Assembly (NCBI GenBank): GCA_951406725.2
Contig: OX597814.1
Coordinates: 116,126,001-116,190,000 of the forward strand
Source: Octopus vulgaris
Lineage: Eukaryota
Reading direction: 5' to 3'
Length of the DNA: 64,000 bases
Shown: piece after piece, positions 41,701 to 55,537 of the stretch
Position numbering within the stretch: position 1 is the stretch's first letter
Layout of the letters: the number at the start of each line of letters is the position of its first letter
Position numbers and translations under genes: made by a program
Notes under the pieces: generated by a model
What the model was told of the DNA's origin: nothing
The model's input: only the letters and a program-made list of their open reading frames with translations
Databases searched by the model: none

Positions 41701-44700
41701 CCCAAAATAGCTGACGTATCTGTTTGCTTATATAAGTACACCATAACCTAACATTGTTCTCTACGCAAGCGCTATAAATACACAAAGGAAGAGGAATAGA
41801 ATACACCGAGCACAAATACATGCTTAGGGTCAAGAAAGAAATATTTGCAGCAAAGAATTTTCTTTAGTTTGATAGCTCCATCAATAACAATGGAAAATAA
41901 ACAAAACAAGCAGGGTTTCTGTTATTACCCATGAACTATAACATATTTCATCATCTAAAATTGCGGAGAAGTGTAACTGTATGGTATCTTTCGACACAGC
42001 TATTTTCTTCAGTGGATGTAGATCATAATATTGGTTTCAAATTTTGGCACAAGGCCAGAAATTGTGAGTGAAGGGAACTACTCGATTGTATCGACCTCAT
42101 AGTTCAATTGGTATTTATTTTATCGACCCCGAAAATGATGAAAGGTAAAATCGACTCCGGCGACATTTGAACTCAGATCGTCAAATCGGATGAAATGCCG
42201 CTTAGCGTTTATTCCGGTGTTGTAATGGAGGTCAGCAAGTTGATGTTCAGATTCCATATCAAGTCTATTTGAATATATCTATGATCAAAGGCGTTCCAGA
42301 AATGACAATCTTTTTGAGATAAAAAATTACATTGTGGTCAGATCGCCAGTCTTTGACGCAGTACCACAAATCTGCAAGACAAGAACCTGCTCGAGGAGGG
42401 ACGCAGGATTAAATCAGGATTATTTGAGTGCTTTGTCTTGCATCTCTTCATAATGAATTTCAGATCCTCTTGGATTTGATCTTAAGTTTAATCATCACAA
42501 AATCAATAAAATAAGTATCAGTAATTCACTTGGATTGATTGAATCGATTTTATTCTGTAGATATTTTTGGCCTTCTGTTTGTAACGAAGGTATCAATACA
42601 AGGAGAAAATGTCAAACTAAGTTTGATGTGATTGTTATCGATGTTTGATGGAGGAAACTTGTCATCAAAGTTATTCCAGCTGTGACTGTTCAGTTTTTTG
42701 CGAGGCATTTTATATCTACGAATACATTACCCATTGTGTACTTTCCCTTCAATAAGACAGTTAGGAGAGAAATTTAACTACTATTACTGTCAGGTCAAAT
42801 ACACGTTGTGGTTCCCAGTATTTGCTTTAGACATGTAACTTGTTTATTGAGATCAAGTTTGATACGTAAAACACTGTTGGAAAAGTGATTTCTATAATAG
42901 ATAACATACAAGATGTGTTTGATATAACCTTCGGCAACGATTAAAAAATAAATGCTATTTACAGTTGAAGTAAACAAATATAGCACACTTCTAGAAGATA
43001 TACACAGTGGAGCTAGTAAGGTATTAACGAAAATTCCTGGTCATATCACGATATCTAAAGCACTTTTTTTTTTGATTTTAGAAAAGACGTCGACAAAGAG
43101 TGACGAACAAGAAGAAACAAATACGAAAATAGGAAAGACTATGACTTATTTTAGTATTCGAACAACAAGAGAAAAAGTTTTTAAAACACCAACTCGATTT
43201 GAACACTGGTAATAAATCATTAAATTTCATTAAAGAAAGAAGAAACAAAACAAAACCAAAGTATAACCGTATAAAGATAAAATAAAAATTAAAAATGCAT
43301 CATATGATTGAAAACTGTCACGAAGTCTGAATGATAAAAATCTAGGAAAGCATAAGAAATTGCTAGCGAAGGATATCACATACAGTCACACTTATATATA
43401 CATGGGTTCAGTTAATAAAAATACATAAAACAGAACGAAATAGAAAACACACATGTATACACTCGCAGATACATGTATAGTAACAAAGCTAATACGATAC
43501 AGATATATACGAAAAAGTTCTAATATTATACAGAACGAAAGAAAAATATTTAAAGATACCAAAACAAGGAAACATTCTTGAAAGGTCTAAATCAACTCAG
43601 ATTACAATTGACAGTTGCGTTACAAAATTTGAAAACAAAACTACTGTATATCCATATCATATATATATATATATATATATGTGTGTGTACACATAGATAA
43701 ACATATATATATATAAATGTGTGTGTGTACATACATATGTGGGCATGTATGTATATATGATTATATTTGTTTGTGTGTATGTTCACAAATACACATGCAC
43801 ACATGTAAGTATGTGTGTGAACGTATTATCTTTCCAAATACAAGCAGATATTCACTAAACAATGGACATTGAGAACAGTGCAGCAATCTGAGACACTCTA
43901 AACTTTTACAGTTGTTGGGAAATTTTTAAAGCATATAAGCACGAACTATCGCCACTAACACGCAAGGTAACATGATAAACTATATTTAAAACTTCCGTAG
44001 ATGAAATATCTTCACAGACAATTTCTATATAAAAATTGTTAGCGTGCAAATACATTTCTACAGTAACTTTCAAAACATCGATATTTCAAATATTGGGGAG
44101 ATCGTATGCATTAAGGAAGGCATGACTATCACGTGTTCAATTACCTTCCCATCCTTGAAATAAACCGCCAGTAATATTTCGTCTACATGGAATGCGCAGT
44201 AAATTCCTGACGAACCGACTCCACAAACTGCTTTAAATTTCCTTTTAAAACCATTTCTGTCACGCCATTGATAATGCTGTCGGAGAAAACAAGGTTATAT
44301 AATATCATTTGTTATTCTTCATAAATTAGAGACTCCTTCTGTACAAGAATTCCAATATTCGTGCGACAAATAATTTATAATAAACACAATTATTCTACCG
44401 GTAATTATGCTCAGTCGAAAAACTCTTGAGCAAACTCTAGCATCACACATACATACACACACACTTGAAAATGGAAATGTGTGTGTGTGACCGTGCGTGT
44501 GTGAGTTTGTGTGTGTGTGTGTTTACCTGATTCCAAACGTGAGGGAGAAAGTACTCAATACGAAAGAGCCGAGATTACATTCTGTTACTCGCAAGATTTA
44601 TAATATATTCACACATGCACATACATACGCACACAGCACCGTGAATACATAGAGTTCTGTCAATGAATGAATTAATATATGAATGGTTCCATCCATCCAT

Positions 44701-44746
44701 CCATCCATCCATCCATCCATCCATCCATCCATCCATCCATCCATCC

Positions 44747-44848
<102 letters not shown>

Positions 44849-45424
44849 GTCTGCCTATGTCTACAGAGAGATACGTGTTTCTGTTATTCGTATGAAAATT
44901 CCTTCTTTCTCGCTCACTTTCTGTCATTCGATTTACATGTGCGCGCAACTCTTACAAAATGCACACACATATAGACACATATATATATGTATGCATTTTG
45001 TACATAACTCGTACTTACCTCCAAATCATAATTACCATAGACTACTTCTTCACATTCACTCTTACCCCAATCTCTCAGCAACTCCCAATCTCCTTCTACG
45101 CTCAGCTATTCTTAATCTTCTAGGCTATCTCCTGCGTTAATCCTATTTTACATTAATAACACCTTAGCATCATTTATATATCATAACCCAGTCTATCACG
45201 GTTACTCTCACCTAGCCTTGTATATTGTGGAATAGCCTTGTATCACTTCCTAGCATAACACCTGTTTCTGTTCTGTGCCTTTCAACACATGGCATAATAC
45301 CGCTTCAATCACTACTATATTCCCACTCAGGCCTAGATGTTTTTACTCTTACTAGTGGAGGTGCCAGGATAACGCACTCAATACACAACCGTGGATAGCA
45401 TGGAAAACTGATCTTAGATGACGA

Positions 45425-45481
<57 letters not shown>

Positions 45482-45670
45482 GAGTGTATTTTTACCTTGT
45501 TAACAATTAACACGGAAAAATAAATAAATAGTTACCAGGGGAGCAAAAATCTCACAAGTAAAGATGTTGTAACTCCTTGTTTATAAAGGTTGAAACTTCG
45601 TGGTTACGTTGAATATCTTGAATAATATGAATAAAAAATGGAGTTAACGCAGGTTTAAACAAGTATTTTT

Positions 45671-45756
45671 ACTTTCGACACATGTTTCGAAAATTCCACT
45701 GATACTATTCAAAAGAATAAATGGTATAAACAATGCAATCTTCTCTTCGGGAAAGT
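45671..45756 (-). ncRNA. Type I hammerhead-like motif (inverted copy)
   Basis: Reverse complement of 48130-48215. Confidence 0.6.
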
Positions 45757-46250
45757 GAAAAAAACGAAACTCGTCAATACGACATTTTAGCAAAAAATGA
45801 CGGATTTGTATAGCGATAGACAGAACGCTATTAATATTGTTTAAAAAGACGTTATATGATATAACGTCATAAGTAGCTAACAGAAAGAGTAGGGATAGTA
45901 ATAGTGAATGTTAAATATAAAGGAAATTAAAGTTTAAATTATATATAATGATAGAGACTACTTATATGCACTAAATGTATGTTTCTGCCAATGCTTACAT
46001 CTGTATGCTCGTTCTATAACCGTGTTTACTAGAGTATTTTTAGAAAAAATAATGAAAAATAGCTCAGAATTGCAGAGAAGACAGAATTTCTTGCCTTTGT
46101 AATATGGTATCGAAATTGAGAGGATCAACCATTCTAAATGAAATTGTTCATTGTGGTCTTTTATTATGAGAAGATATAATTTGCAAGAGATTTTTTGTGT
46201 TTGAAAAACCTATCCTAACCTTATGTGAATTAATTATAGAGTAATAAAAT

Positions 46251-47928
46251 ATACTAGATAAATATATTCCTAATTTAATTAAAACATTAAAACTTAGTTT
46301 ATGGACTAATTCATTTGAAGTAGTTGACTGGTTTAGGTCTATTAACAGTAAGGTGAGTACTAAGTTTATCCAGTTTGATATTTCCAATGTTTATTCGTCT
46401 ATTAATCCAATAGTACTTAATAAGGCACTTTGGCTTGCTCATAACAAAGCTGGTCTCACCCGAGAAGAAATTAATCTTGTGTTGGCAGCCAGAAGATCTA
46501 TTATTAAATTTGATGATAAGTTGTGGGTCCGTAAAGACACACCAGATAGTTTCGATATACCAATGGGAAGTTCTGATTCAGCACAGATAGCTGATTTGGT
46601 CTGTATATATATTCTTTTTGAAATGGCTGAAGAGTTCCCTAACATTTATGGAGGTCTATATCGTGATGATTGTTTACTTTACCTCCAAAATGTTTCCAAC
46701 CAAAAGGTACAAAAAGTTAAGAATAGTTTAGTTAATTTTTTCAGTAGAATGGGCTTAAAAATCGTTTTTGATGACGATCTGACGAAGGCCAACTTTTTAG
46801 ATATTACGCTTAATTTACACAGTGACTCTTACTTCCAATATCATAAACCGTTGACCAATCTTAAGTACATTAGCAAATTTAGTAATCATCCTCGAGCAAT
46901 TACTAAGAATTTAGTTAAGAATATTTCATTTAGATTATCTAAATTATCTGCTAATGTTGATATTTTCAATAATAACGCTGAATTCTATAACTCTGCCTTA
47001 ATCAAAGCAGGTTATATACAGAAAAAAATTTTCTACATTGATTCTGCTCAGTCTAATTGTAAATTCAATAATGTAGATAAGATTTCTAGTCGTAAAAGAA
47101 TTATTGATAACAAACATAATTTACGCACCGATACAAAGCGAATGAAGGCAGATAACCCTTATTTAATCCCCTATTATCGATCTAAAAGTAAATATAACAC
47201 CTTCAAAAGTAATTACGCTATGAATACTAGTAAAAATATTTGGTTAATAATTCCTTACGGGAGACAAATTAAATCTAATCTCCCACTGCTGTTTCGTCAA
47301 GCTATTGCTAGGAATTTTCCAAACAATTCTAGATATTACTCTATAATTAATTCACATAAGGATAGGTTTTTCAAACACAAAAAATCTCTTGCAAATTATA
47401 TCTTCTCATAATAACAAACTGTTAAATATTAATACATTTACTAATACTAACATTAATTTAGCTAATACCATCCAACCCTCTAGAAATATTAATAACAAGG
47501 TTATTGTATCTGAAGTCAATTCCAATAGAATTAAATTTATGTCAAGTAACTCTAAGATTAAAAATTCTATATACCAGTGTATAATCAGTACTCGTAATAA
47601 AGTACGATTTTACATTGGAAGCACATCGTTAGAGTTATCTAAAAGAATTTCTATCCATTACTCAACATTTAGGGATAGAAATAAACGGAATAGTACCGGT
47701 CTCAGCAAACTGATTTGGGATTTAAAAGACCACAATGAACAATTTCATTTAGAATGGTTGATCCTCTCAATTTCGATACCATATTACAAAGGCAAGAAAT
47801 TCTGTCTTCTCTGCAATTCTGAGCTATTTTTCATTATTTTTTCTAAAAATACTCTAGTAAACACGGTTATAGAACGAGCATACAGATGTAAGCATTGGCA
47901 GAAACATACATTTAGTGCATATAAGTAG
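46251..47928 (+). pseudogene. Penelope RT-GIY-YIG polyprotein with one frameshift (~47360)
   Basis: LWTNSFEVVDWF, FDISNVYSSI, FDIPMGSSDSAQIADLV, GLYRDD, NFLDITLNL, SNHP. EN motifs IYQC..FYIGST..RISIHYSTF, CLLCNSE, CKH. Confidence 0.9.
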
Positions 47929-48129
47929 TCTCTATCATTATATATAATTTAAACTTTAATTTCCTTTATATTTAACATTCACTATTACTATCCCTACTCT
48001 TTCTGTTAGCTACTTATGACGTTATATCATATAACGTCTTTTTAAACAATATTAATAGCGTTCTGTCTATCGCTATACAAATCCGTCATTTTTTGCTAAA
48101 ATGTCGTATTGACGAGTTTCGTTTTTTTC

Positions 48130-48215
48130 ACTTTCCCGAAGAGAAGATTGCATTGTTTATACCATTTATTCTTTTGAATAGTATCAGTGGAATTTTCGAA
48201 ACATGTGTCGAAAGT
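48130..48215 (+). ncRNA. Type I hammerhead-like motif, variant core CCGAAGA
   Basis: ACTTTC-CCGAAGA-[GAAGATT..AATTTTC stem II]-GAAAC-ATGT-GTC-GAAAGT. Confidence 0.65.
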
Positions 48216-48254
48216 AAAAATACTTGTTTAAACCTGCGTTAACTCCATTTTTTA

Positions 48255-48342
<88 letters not shown>

Positions 48343-48467
48343 CACAAAAAAACTGAAGACGAACACAAGTGGTGTTATGGTGTTGGGAGGTGGGGGAAGC
48401 GAGAGTGGGGAAACCAAGGGTGGGGTGTAGGGTAGGCTGAGGGTGGGAGTAGAGGTTGGGTATGTGG

Positions 48468-48505
<38 letters not shown>

Positions 48506-48534
48506 CAAATAAGTAACAAGAATGTCAAGGTATT

Positions 48535-48625
48535 AGTGCATTACGGCCGTTTCAGGCGACTCCATTTAATCGAACAGTGCAAGCATTACATCAATTTGAA
48601 ATACACTGCCTTCCTCGGACTTATA
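48535..48625 (-). ncRNA. Hammerhead-like motif, variant core CCGAGGA
   Basis: Minus strand: CCGAGGA-AGGC..GCCT-GAAAC-GGCC-GTA. Stem I is weak. Confidence 0.45.
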
Positions 48626-49590
48626 AGACCATATAGGTTTTCAACATGCAGGATACTCTATTATAATTTTTTAGTAAATTTTTCATGTTGAGAATTAGTG
48701 AATAAAAGAATCACATGCCTGTTGCTATTATTGTAGCGGAATAAAATTGGGGGAAACTAACCCAAATATAACTTGTAGTGGCCGAAGAGAATAACAATGG
48801 AGGTCATGAGATGGTAACATAGATACATTTATCTGTTTCCTTATCACGATCAAAAGATCTAATGCAGCTAGTATACTATGTCCACAAAGAATTAAGAACA
48901 CTGGGAGCTGACAGTTAAGTTCTAACTGTTAGTGATAAATCAATTAATGTCATATACTCTTCCTAACCCCTAATTTACTATGGCTATAAATTTGCTGTGA
49001 CTACATAAAGGAACAAATCTCAGAAGATGTCAGTAAGTTAGTCTTGTATATGTCCAGAAAGAGGGAGGGTAGGGGTGACATAAACTATTTTATTATTATA
49101 AGTTAAATGGTGCCTAAAATAAAAAATAGAGGAGGTCACAATGATGGCGTTAAGGGTTCAGGGGAGAAATGTATATCTAAAATGTCGCAAAATGTATACA
49201 TTATTATATTTTGTATAACAAATAGAAACATTTTTTAATTTAGAAAAGGATGCGAGGACCAAGTAAAAGAATAAGGATATATAAACCAAGTTAAGTTGAA
49301 AAAAAGTAGGGTACTTTTATATAAAACAGAAGCCTCGTAATACTTCATTCTAGCAAAATGTTAAGGTTGTCATGATATAAAACCATTCAACTATGAACCC
49401 ATAAAGTAAATTCAGATTTCATCCGAGAAAGAGGTACACATTTTACTATTGACTGAAAACCAGGGATGAAAGGCAAGAAATGAGATAATTGGTTATATAA
49501 CAGATAAACTTATTTTAAAAACCTTGAGGAAATATAATTATATTGGTGCCTCATTTTAAGTATTTAATTCAACTAAATCTTAACTATTTC

Positions 49591-49697
<107 letters not shown>

Positions 49698-51486
49698 TTT
49701 AACATCATTCATATTTATCTACACACGCACACACACACACAAACATGTATATATACATATGCAGACATATATATAAATGAAATAATTCCCCGTGACTAAA
49801 AAGTGACGAAGGGTGCAGAGAATCCCAGCATTGCTAGACATAATAGTCAAAGAACTCTTTAGCCACAGAAGAACATTTTCTACTTACTGACAGGGGAGAC
49901 AATCTCCCCACCGCAAACGAGTGGTAGTGGTAGTAGATTGGCATGCCAATTTTGCATTGAATTTAATGCTCATCAATGATGCTTATTCTATTGCGGCTGG
50001 TGACGCCAAGTTCTACCCTGTCAGTATATATATATAGAATTTACCATAGGAATCAGTGGCTGATTCCACAAAATGGTAATGTGTAAATTATAAAATAATT
50101 AAAGTGGCTATACGCAATTTAAAACCCAAAAGGAAGTAATTCACCATCATCTTTTAGTTGGCGTATAGTCACCTAAATTAATTATCTCATATATATATAT
50201 ACTTACGATATGTCTTTATCTAGTAAGATCTAGGAACTTAAGGAAAGCGGGACTAGATTTAGCCTTAAATGCGATATAAAACGGAGGGCGCAGCCTTACA
50301 GAAATAGTCGATATGGGTGTGAGCTTTGCTTTAGGGAACTTTAGGTGATTTAGTACAGAGACAAGAAGAACCTGATCAATAATAGATTAAACCTAAGGGT
50401 ATCATGCGTGCATAGCATCGCCCGCACATTTAAGTATTTTCGAAACCAATAATATTACATTTATCATACTTGGAATTTTTGGTGGTAGAAATTAATTTCG
50501 ATGTCGTATCTTTACAACTTACCTGCTAATATAGAATATTAATATAGGATATTATGTGATATAGTATTATGTGATATATGCTATATGTTATGTGTGATGT
50601 ACTACATGTATTATTACACTATGGTAGCCCCTGCCTGGTTAGTCTCACTTAATCCTATTTGGTGATTACACTATTCTTTCCTTCTATGAATTTCTATCCT
50701 ATCAGTCACAGTAAGTATATCTGTATTAATTTTGATGATAGTAAGACTCCTTTGGCTGAAACTTATACCCCCTAAAAATATAAATCATACATACAATAGC
50801 ACCTGTAATACTATAACTTACGAAGCCACTTTGGTATGTATACATTGCACTGTTCCCATTACTTTCATACCTATTACCCTTTTTAAGTTACCTTTCCTAC
50901 CTTTAATTTTAACACCGTGTCTCTTTGTAGGTATTTTTTTTATTATTTTCTATAAATTCCTATTATTTTGAATTCTTATTTTGGTATGTTTACTTTATTA
51001 ATCTCTTATCCTTTATGTTTTACCTTTATACTATTAAATTTGTATGGTTTTGAATTTAATATTTTTGCATTACCTTCGCTTATATTGATATTGCAGTCTA
51101 CGGATCGTTGAACATATTACATCTCATCTCTCCACGCATGTGGCTCAATATGGTTCTTAAATTGTTATTTTTCATGTTCGTAAATTGATATTTTCAGTTA
51201 CTTACGTTCACGCCAAATAATTACACTGAGTCTGAATTATTAAAAACTTGGATGTATTTTTGAAAAACAAGTCTGTGGAATTTACACACGCAAGCACACG
51301 CACACACACACACACACACACACATGCGGCAGGTATCTATCACTTGTCGCTTAGCAGATTCACTCACAAAGCTTTGGTTAGCCCGAGAATATTTTAGAAA
51401 ACACCCAAAGTATCGCACCGTGGGACTGAACCCACGACGATGTGGCTGGAAGGCAAATTCCTTACCACACAGTAACCACACAGCGC

Positions 51487-51568
<82 letters not shown>

Positions 51569-51802
51569 AACTCCATCCCCTTCAAGACCAAGTGGAGACT
51601 ACTACAGAAGGAGCGTTCGTATACAGGAGGCCATACCTGCTGTGACCTTTGCATTTCCGAGAGCCTAGAGATCTTGTTCGCCAAAGGCCATCTCCTCAAC
51701 AAGATGTCAGAACACTCCCCAAATTGCATGCATAAAATTTATGCAAACTACAAGAGCTATAGACCCACCCGGCAACCCGATTGACGACACCCCACCCACA
51801 AA

Positions 51803-52175
51803 AAACCCCAACCCCACCGTTCCCCCAGCACCCCCGATTAACTTTCCTCCTAAGACTATTCACAGATTGTATATGTACACTTGTATATATGTATTGCATA
51901 TATGTATAGAAATGAATGGGTGTTAGTAGGAATATACGCATGTATGTGAGTGCATGTATATAAATATATAAAAAACCACACACATACACATACACATGTA
52001 CATACACATACACATACATATACATGCACTCACATACATGCGTATATTCCTACTAACACCCATTCATTTCTATACATATATGCAATACATATATACAAGT
52101 GTACATATACAATCTGTGAATAGTCTTAGGAGGAAAGTTAATCGGGGGTGCTGGGGGAACGGTGGGTTGGGGGTT
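51803..52175. repeat. ~157 bp near-perfect inverted repeat (51803-51960 / 52019-52175)
   Basis: The arms are reverse complements, including the non-microsatellite CCCCAGCACCCCCGATTAACTTTCCTCCTAAGACTATTCACAG. Confidence 0.85.
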
Positions 52176-52840
52176 ATATACATACATACATACACACATA
52201 ACTCTACATACCTACATATACATAAACACACAAGCGTACACATATATATATATACATATATATATATATCTATATACATATGCATACATACATACATACA
52301 CACACATACACACACATATATATACATTTACACACACATTTACACATATATATACACATACACATACATATACACACATATATATATATATATGTGTATA
52401 TATACATGTATATATATATATATACACACAAGCACATACATGCATAAATGTATACATATGTTTATACAAATGCATACACATACACACACTCACGCGCCTC
52501 CTTATATACATAAATACATACATGCATACAGACGCATACTCATGTAATAAATAATGAAAAATAAATAATAGATATATATACACATGCAGTTACCCTTTGT
52601 ACAGACGGAAACATACATATAAGCATACACGTATATACCTATCTACACATATGTATATATACATACATACATGCACATACACATAACTCTACATACTTAC
52701 ATATACATAAACACACGAGCGTACACACATATATATATATATATACATATACACATATATATATACATACATACACATACATACACACATATATACACAT
52801 ATATATATACATATACATACATACACATACATACACATAC

Positions 52841-52871
<31 letters not shown>

Positions 52872-53039
52872 CATATATGTATGTATGTGTATGTGTATGT
52901 ATGTGTATGTATGTATATGTATATATATATATATATATGTATGTATGTGTATGTGTATGTATGTGTATGTATGTATATGTATATATATATATATGTGTAT
53001 ATATGTGTGTATGTATGTGTATGTATGTATATATATGTG

Positions 53040-53073
<34 letters not shown>

Positions 53074-53399
53074 TACGCTCGTGTGTTTATGTATATGTAA
53101 GTATGTAGAGTTATGTGTATGTGCATGTATGTATGTATATATACATATGTGTAGATAGGTATATACGTGTATGCTTATATGTATGTTTCCGTCTGTACAA
53201 AGGGTAACTGCATGTGTATATATATCTATTATTTATTTTTCATTATTTATTACATGAGTATGCGTCTGTATGCATGTATGTATTTATGTATATAAGGAGG
53301 CGCGTGAGTGTGTGTATGTGTATGCATTTGTATAAACATATGTATACATTTATGCATGCATGTGCTTGTGTGTATATATATATATATACATGTATATAT

Positions 53400-53443
<44 letters not shown>

Positions 53444-53923
53444 ATATGTATGTGTATGTGTATATATATGTGTAAATGTGTGTGTAAATGTATATATATA
53501 TGTGTGTGTATGTGTGTGTATGTATGTATGTATGCATATCTCTCTCTATATAAACGGCAGTTTGTCTGTGCGTGTTTCTGTGTGTCTGTTTTCTCGTACC
53601 CTCACTCTAACCACGGCTTTCAACCGATTCTGATGAAACTTGACACACACATAGCCCAATGTCATAATTCAAAACTAACGCAGCGAAAATTTTGAAAAGT
53701 TCCCCCAGTTCTGAAAAAAATCGATAAATTCGACATGGGGTCGAGAATGAGAAACCCAAACCACAGACCGTCTAGGGGACGCAACTCCACCTGTTTTAAC
53801 TCTCAAAAAAAATTTACCATCATTTTTTTTTCCATTTTTTTGCTATTTTTTGGCTATAACTCTCTAAAAATGCTTTATAGTTATTTCCCTTACAAACCTG
53901 AGCAACGCCGGGCGATACTGCTA

Positions 53924-53977
<54 letters not shown>

Positions 53978-54045
53978 GTGTACGCTTGTGTGTTTATGTA
54001 TATGTAGGTATGTAGAGTTATGTGTGTATGTATGTATGTATATAT
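52176..54045. repeat. Large foldback centred at ~52860, right arm interrupted by a Helitron
   Basis: For example CATGCAGTTACCCTTTGTACAGACGGAAAC (~52583) vs GTTTCCGTCTGTACAAAGGGTAACTGCATG (~53185). Confidence 0.85.
53539..53924 (+). mobile_element. Non-autonomous Helitron
   Basis: 5' TC, (CTGT)-like tract, subterminal CCTGAGCAACGCCGGG and 3' CTAG, inserted A|T with no TSD. The empty site is visible in the opposite foldback arm. Confidence 0.85.
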
Positions 54046-54333
54046 ACATATGTGTAAATAGGTATATATGGGTATGTTTATATGTATGTATCCGTCTGTA
54101 TAATGGGTAACTGCACGTATATATATTCATTATTATTATTATTATTATTATTATTTGAGTATGCATGTATGTATATATGTATGTGCCTGTATGCATGTAT
54201 GTATTTATGAACATAAGGAGGCGCGTGTGTGTGTGGATGTGTATGCATATGTATAGACATATGTATACATTTATGCATGTATGTACTTATGTGTATATAT
54301 AGATGCGCGTGTGTGTGTGTGTATGTGTACGTG

Positions 54334-54370
<37 letters not shown>

Positions 54371-55315
54371 ATGTGTATATATGTATGTATGTATATGTGG
54401 ATGTATATGTATATGTATATATATATGTATACGTGTATGTATATGTATGTATGTGTATGTGTATATGTATATGTGTATATATATTAATTAGTGTATATGT
54501 ATGGACTAGTCTTCTGTGGGTGTATTGAGGTATGTATGTGTATGCGTGTAGATATGAATCGGTAGGTACGTGTACGTATGTGAATATACGTGAATGTATG
54601 TAGATGTATGCGTGTATGAATATAACACGTGCGTGTGCGTATGAGTATGTGTGTACGTGTGAGTGTGTGGGCGTGAGTGAGTGCTTGCGTTCGTATCAGT
54701 GAGTAGATAGATAAACGGACTCTTTAGATCATCCCTTGAGACCGGCTGACCGCGGTCAAGATAAAAATAAAGATATAAACAAAAGTAGTAATAATAAAAT
54801 GAAAATAAGAGAATAAAAATGTGTGTGTATGTGTGTGCATGTATATGCATGTGTATATATGTGTGTATGTATATATATGTGCGAGTGTGTATACATATAT
54901 GTATATATATATATGTATATGTGTATTTTTGTGTACGTACATGGGTATGTGTATATATATGTATATATATGTATATATGTATGTATATGTATATGTATGT
55001 ATGTATATATATATATGTATGTATATGTGGGTATGTATGTATATGTATAGATATATGTGAATATGTGGGTGTATATATATGTATATATATATATGTAGAT
55101 GTACAAGTGAGAGTCTCCTTACTTACCTAAAACTCTATTTTTCTATTTATTCTTTTATTCTTTTATTTATTTTTTTATCTACTTTACCACCGATTCCTTT
55201 GACCACTCCCCTAATAATGACAGTTTTGCACCATGCCTACCCCCAAAAAAGTCCCCCACCACCACCCATTTAAACCTGCCTAAATGTATAAATGCCAAAA
55301 CAACTCTTGTCTACT

Positions 55316-55366
55316 AGCTTCCTGATGATTTCTTTTGAATGAAACAGTTCTAGTCCTGTAGAAGCT
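55316..55366 (+). ncRNA. Type I hammerhead ribozyme candidate, canonical core
   Basis: AGCTTC-CTGATGA-TTTCTTTTGAAT-GAAAC-AG-TTCTAGTC-CT-GTA-GAAGCT. Confidence 0.7.
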
Positions 55367-55448
55367 CCTTCTATATAATAAATTAATTTACTCTGCTATG
55401 TATTGCGTACCTTATTTACTGTGGTTAACCCCGACTCAACCCGGGACC

Positions 55449-55537
<89 letters not shown>

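Larger units (their letters stand above)
45625..48261 (+). mobile_element. Penelope-like retroelement (possibly Naiad-like), 5'-truncated, with inverted upstream copy of its 3' end
   Basis: RT plus C-terminal GIY-YIG. 45625-46163 is the reverse complement of 47723-48261, and 46161-46246 of 47334-47414. A (TA)n run follows the 3' end. Confidence 0.9.

Noticed and set aside
48015-48040. ATGAC hairpin in the Penelope 3'UTR as a SECIS
   Set aside because: No 3' GA for the quartet, wrong geometry and no in-frame UGA in the retained ORF.
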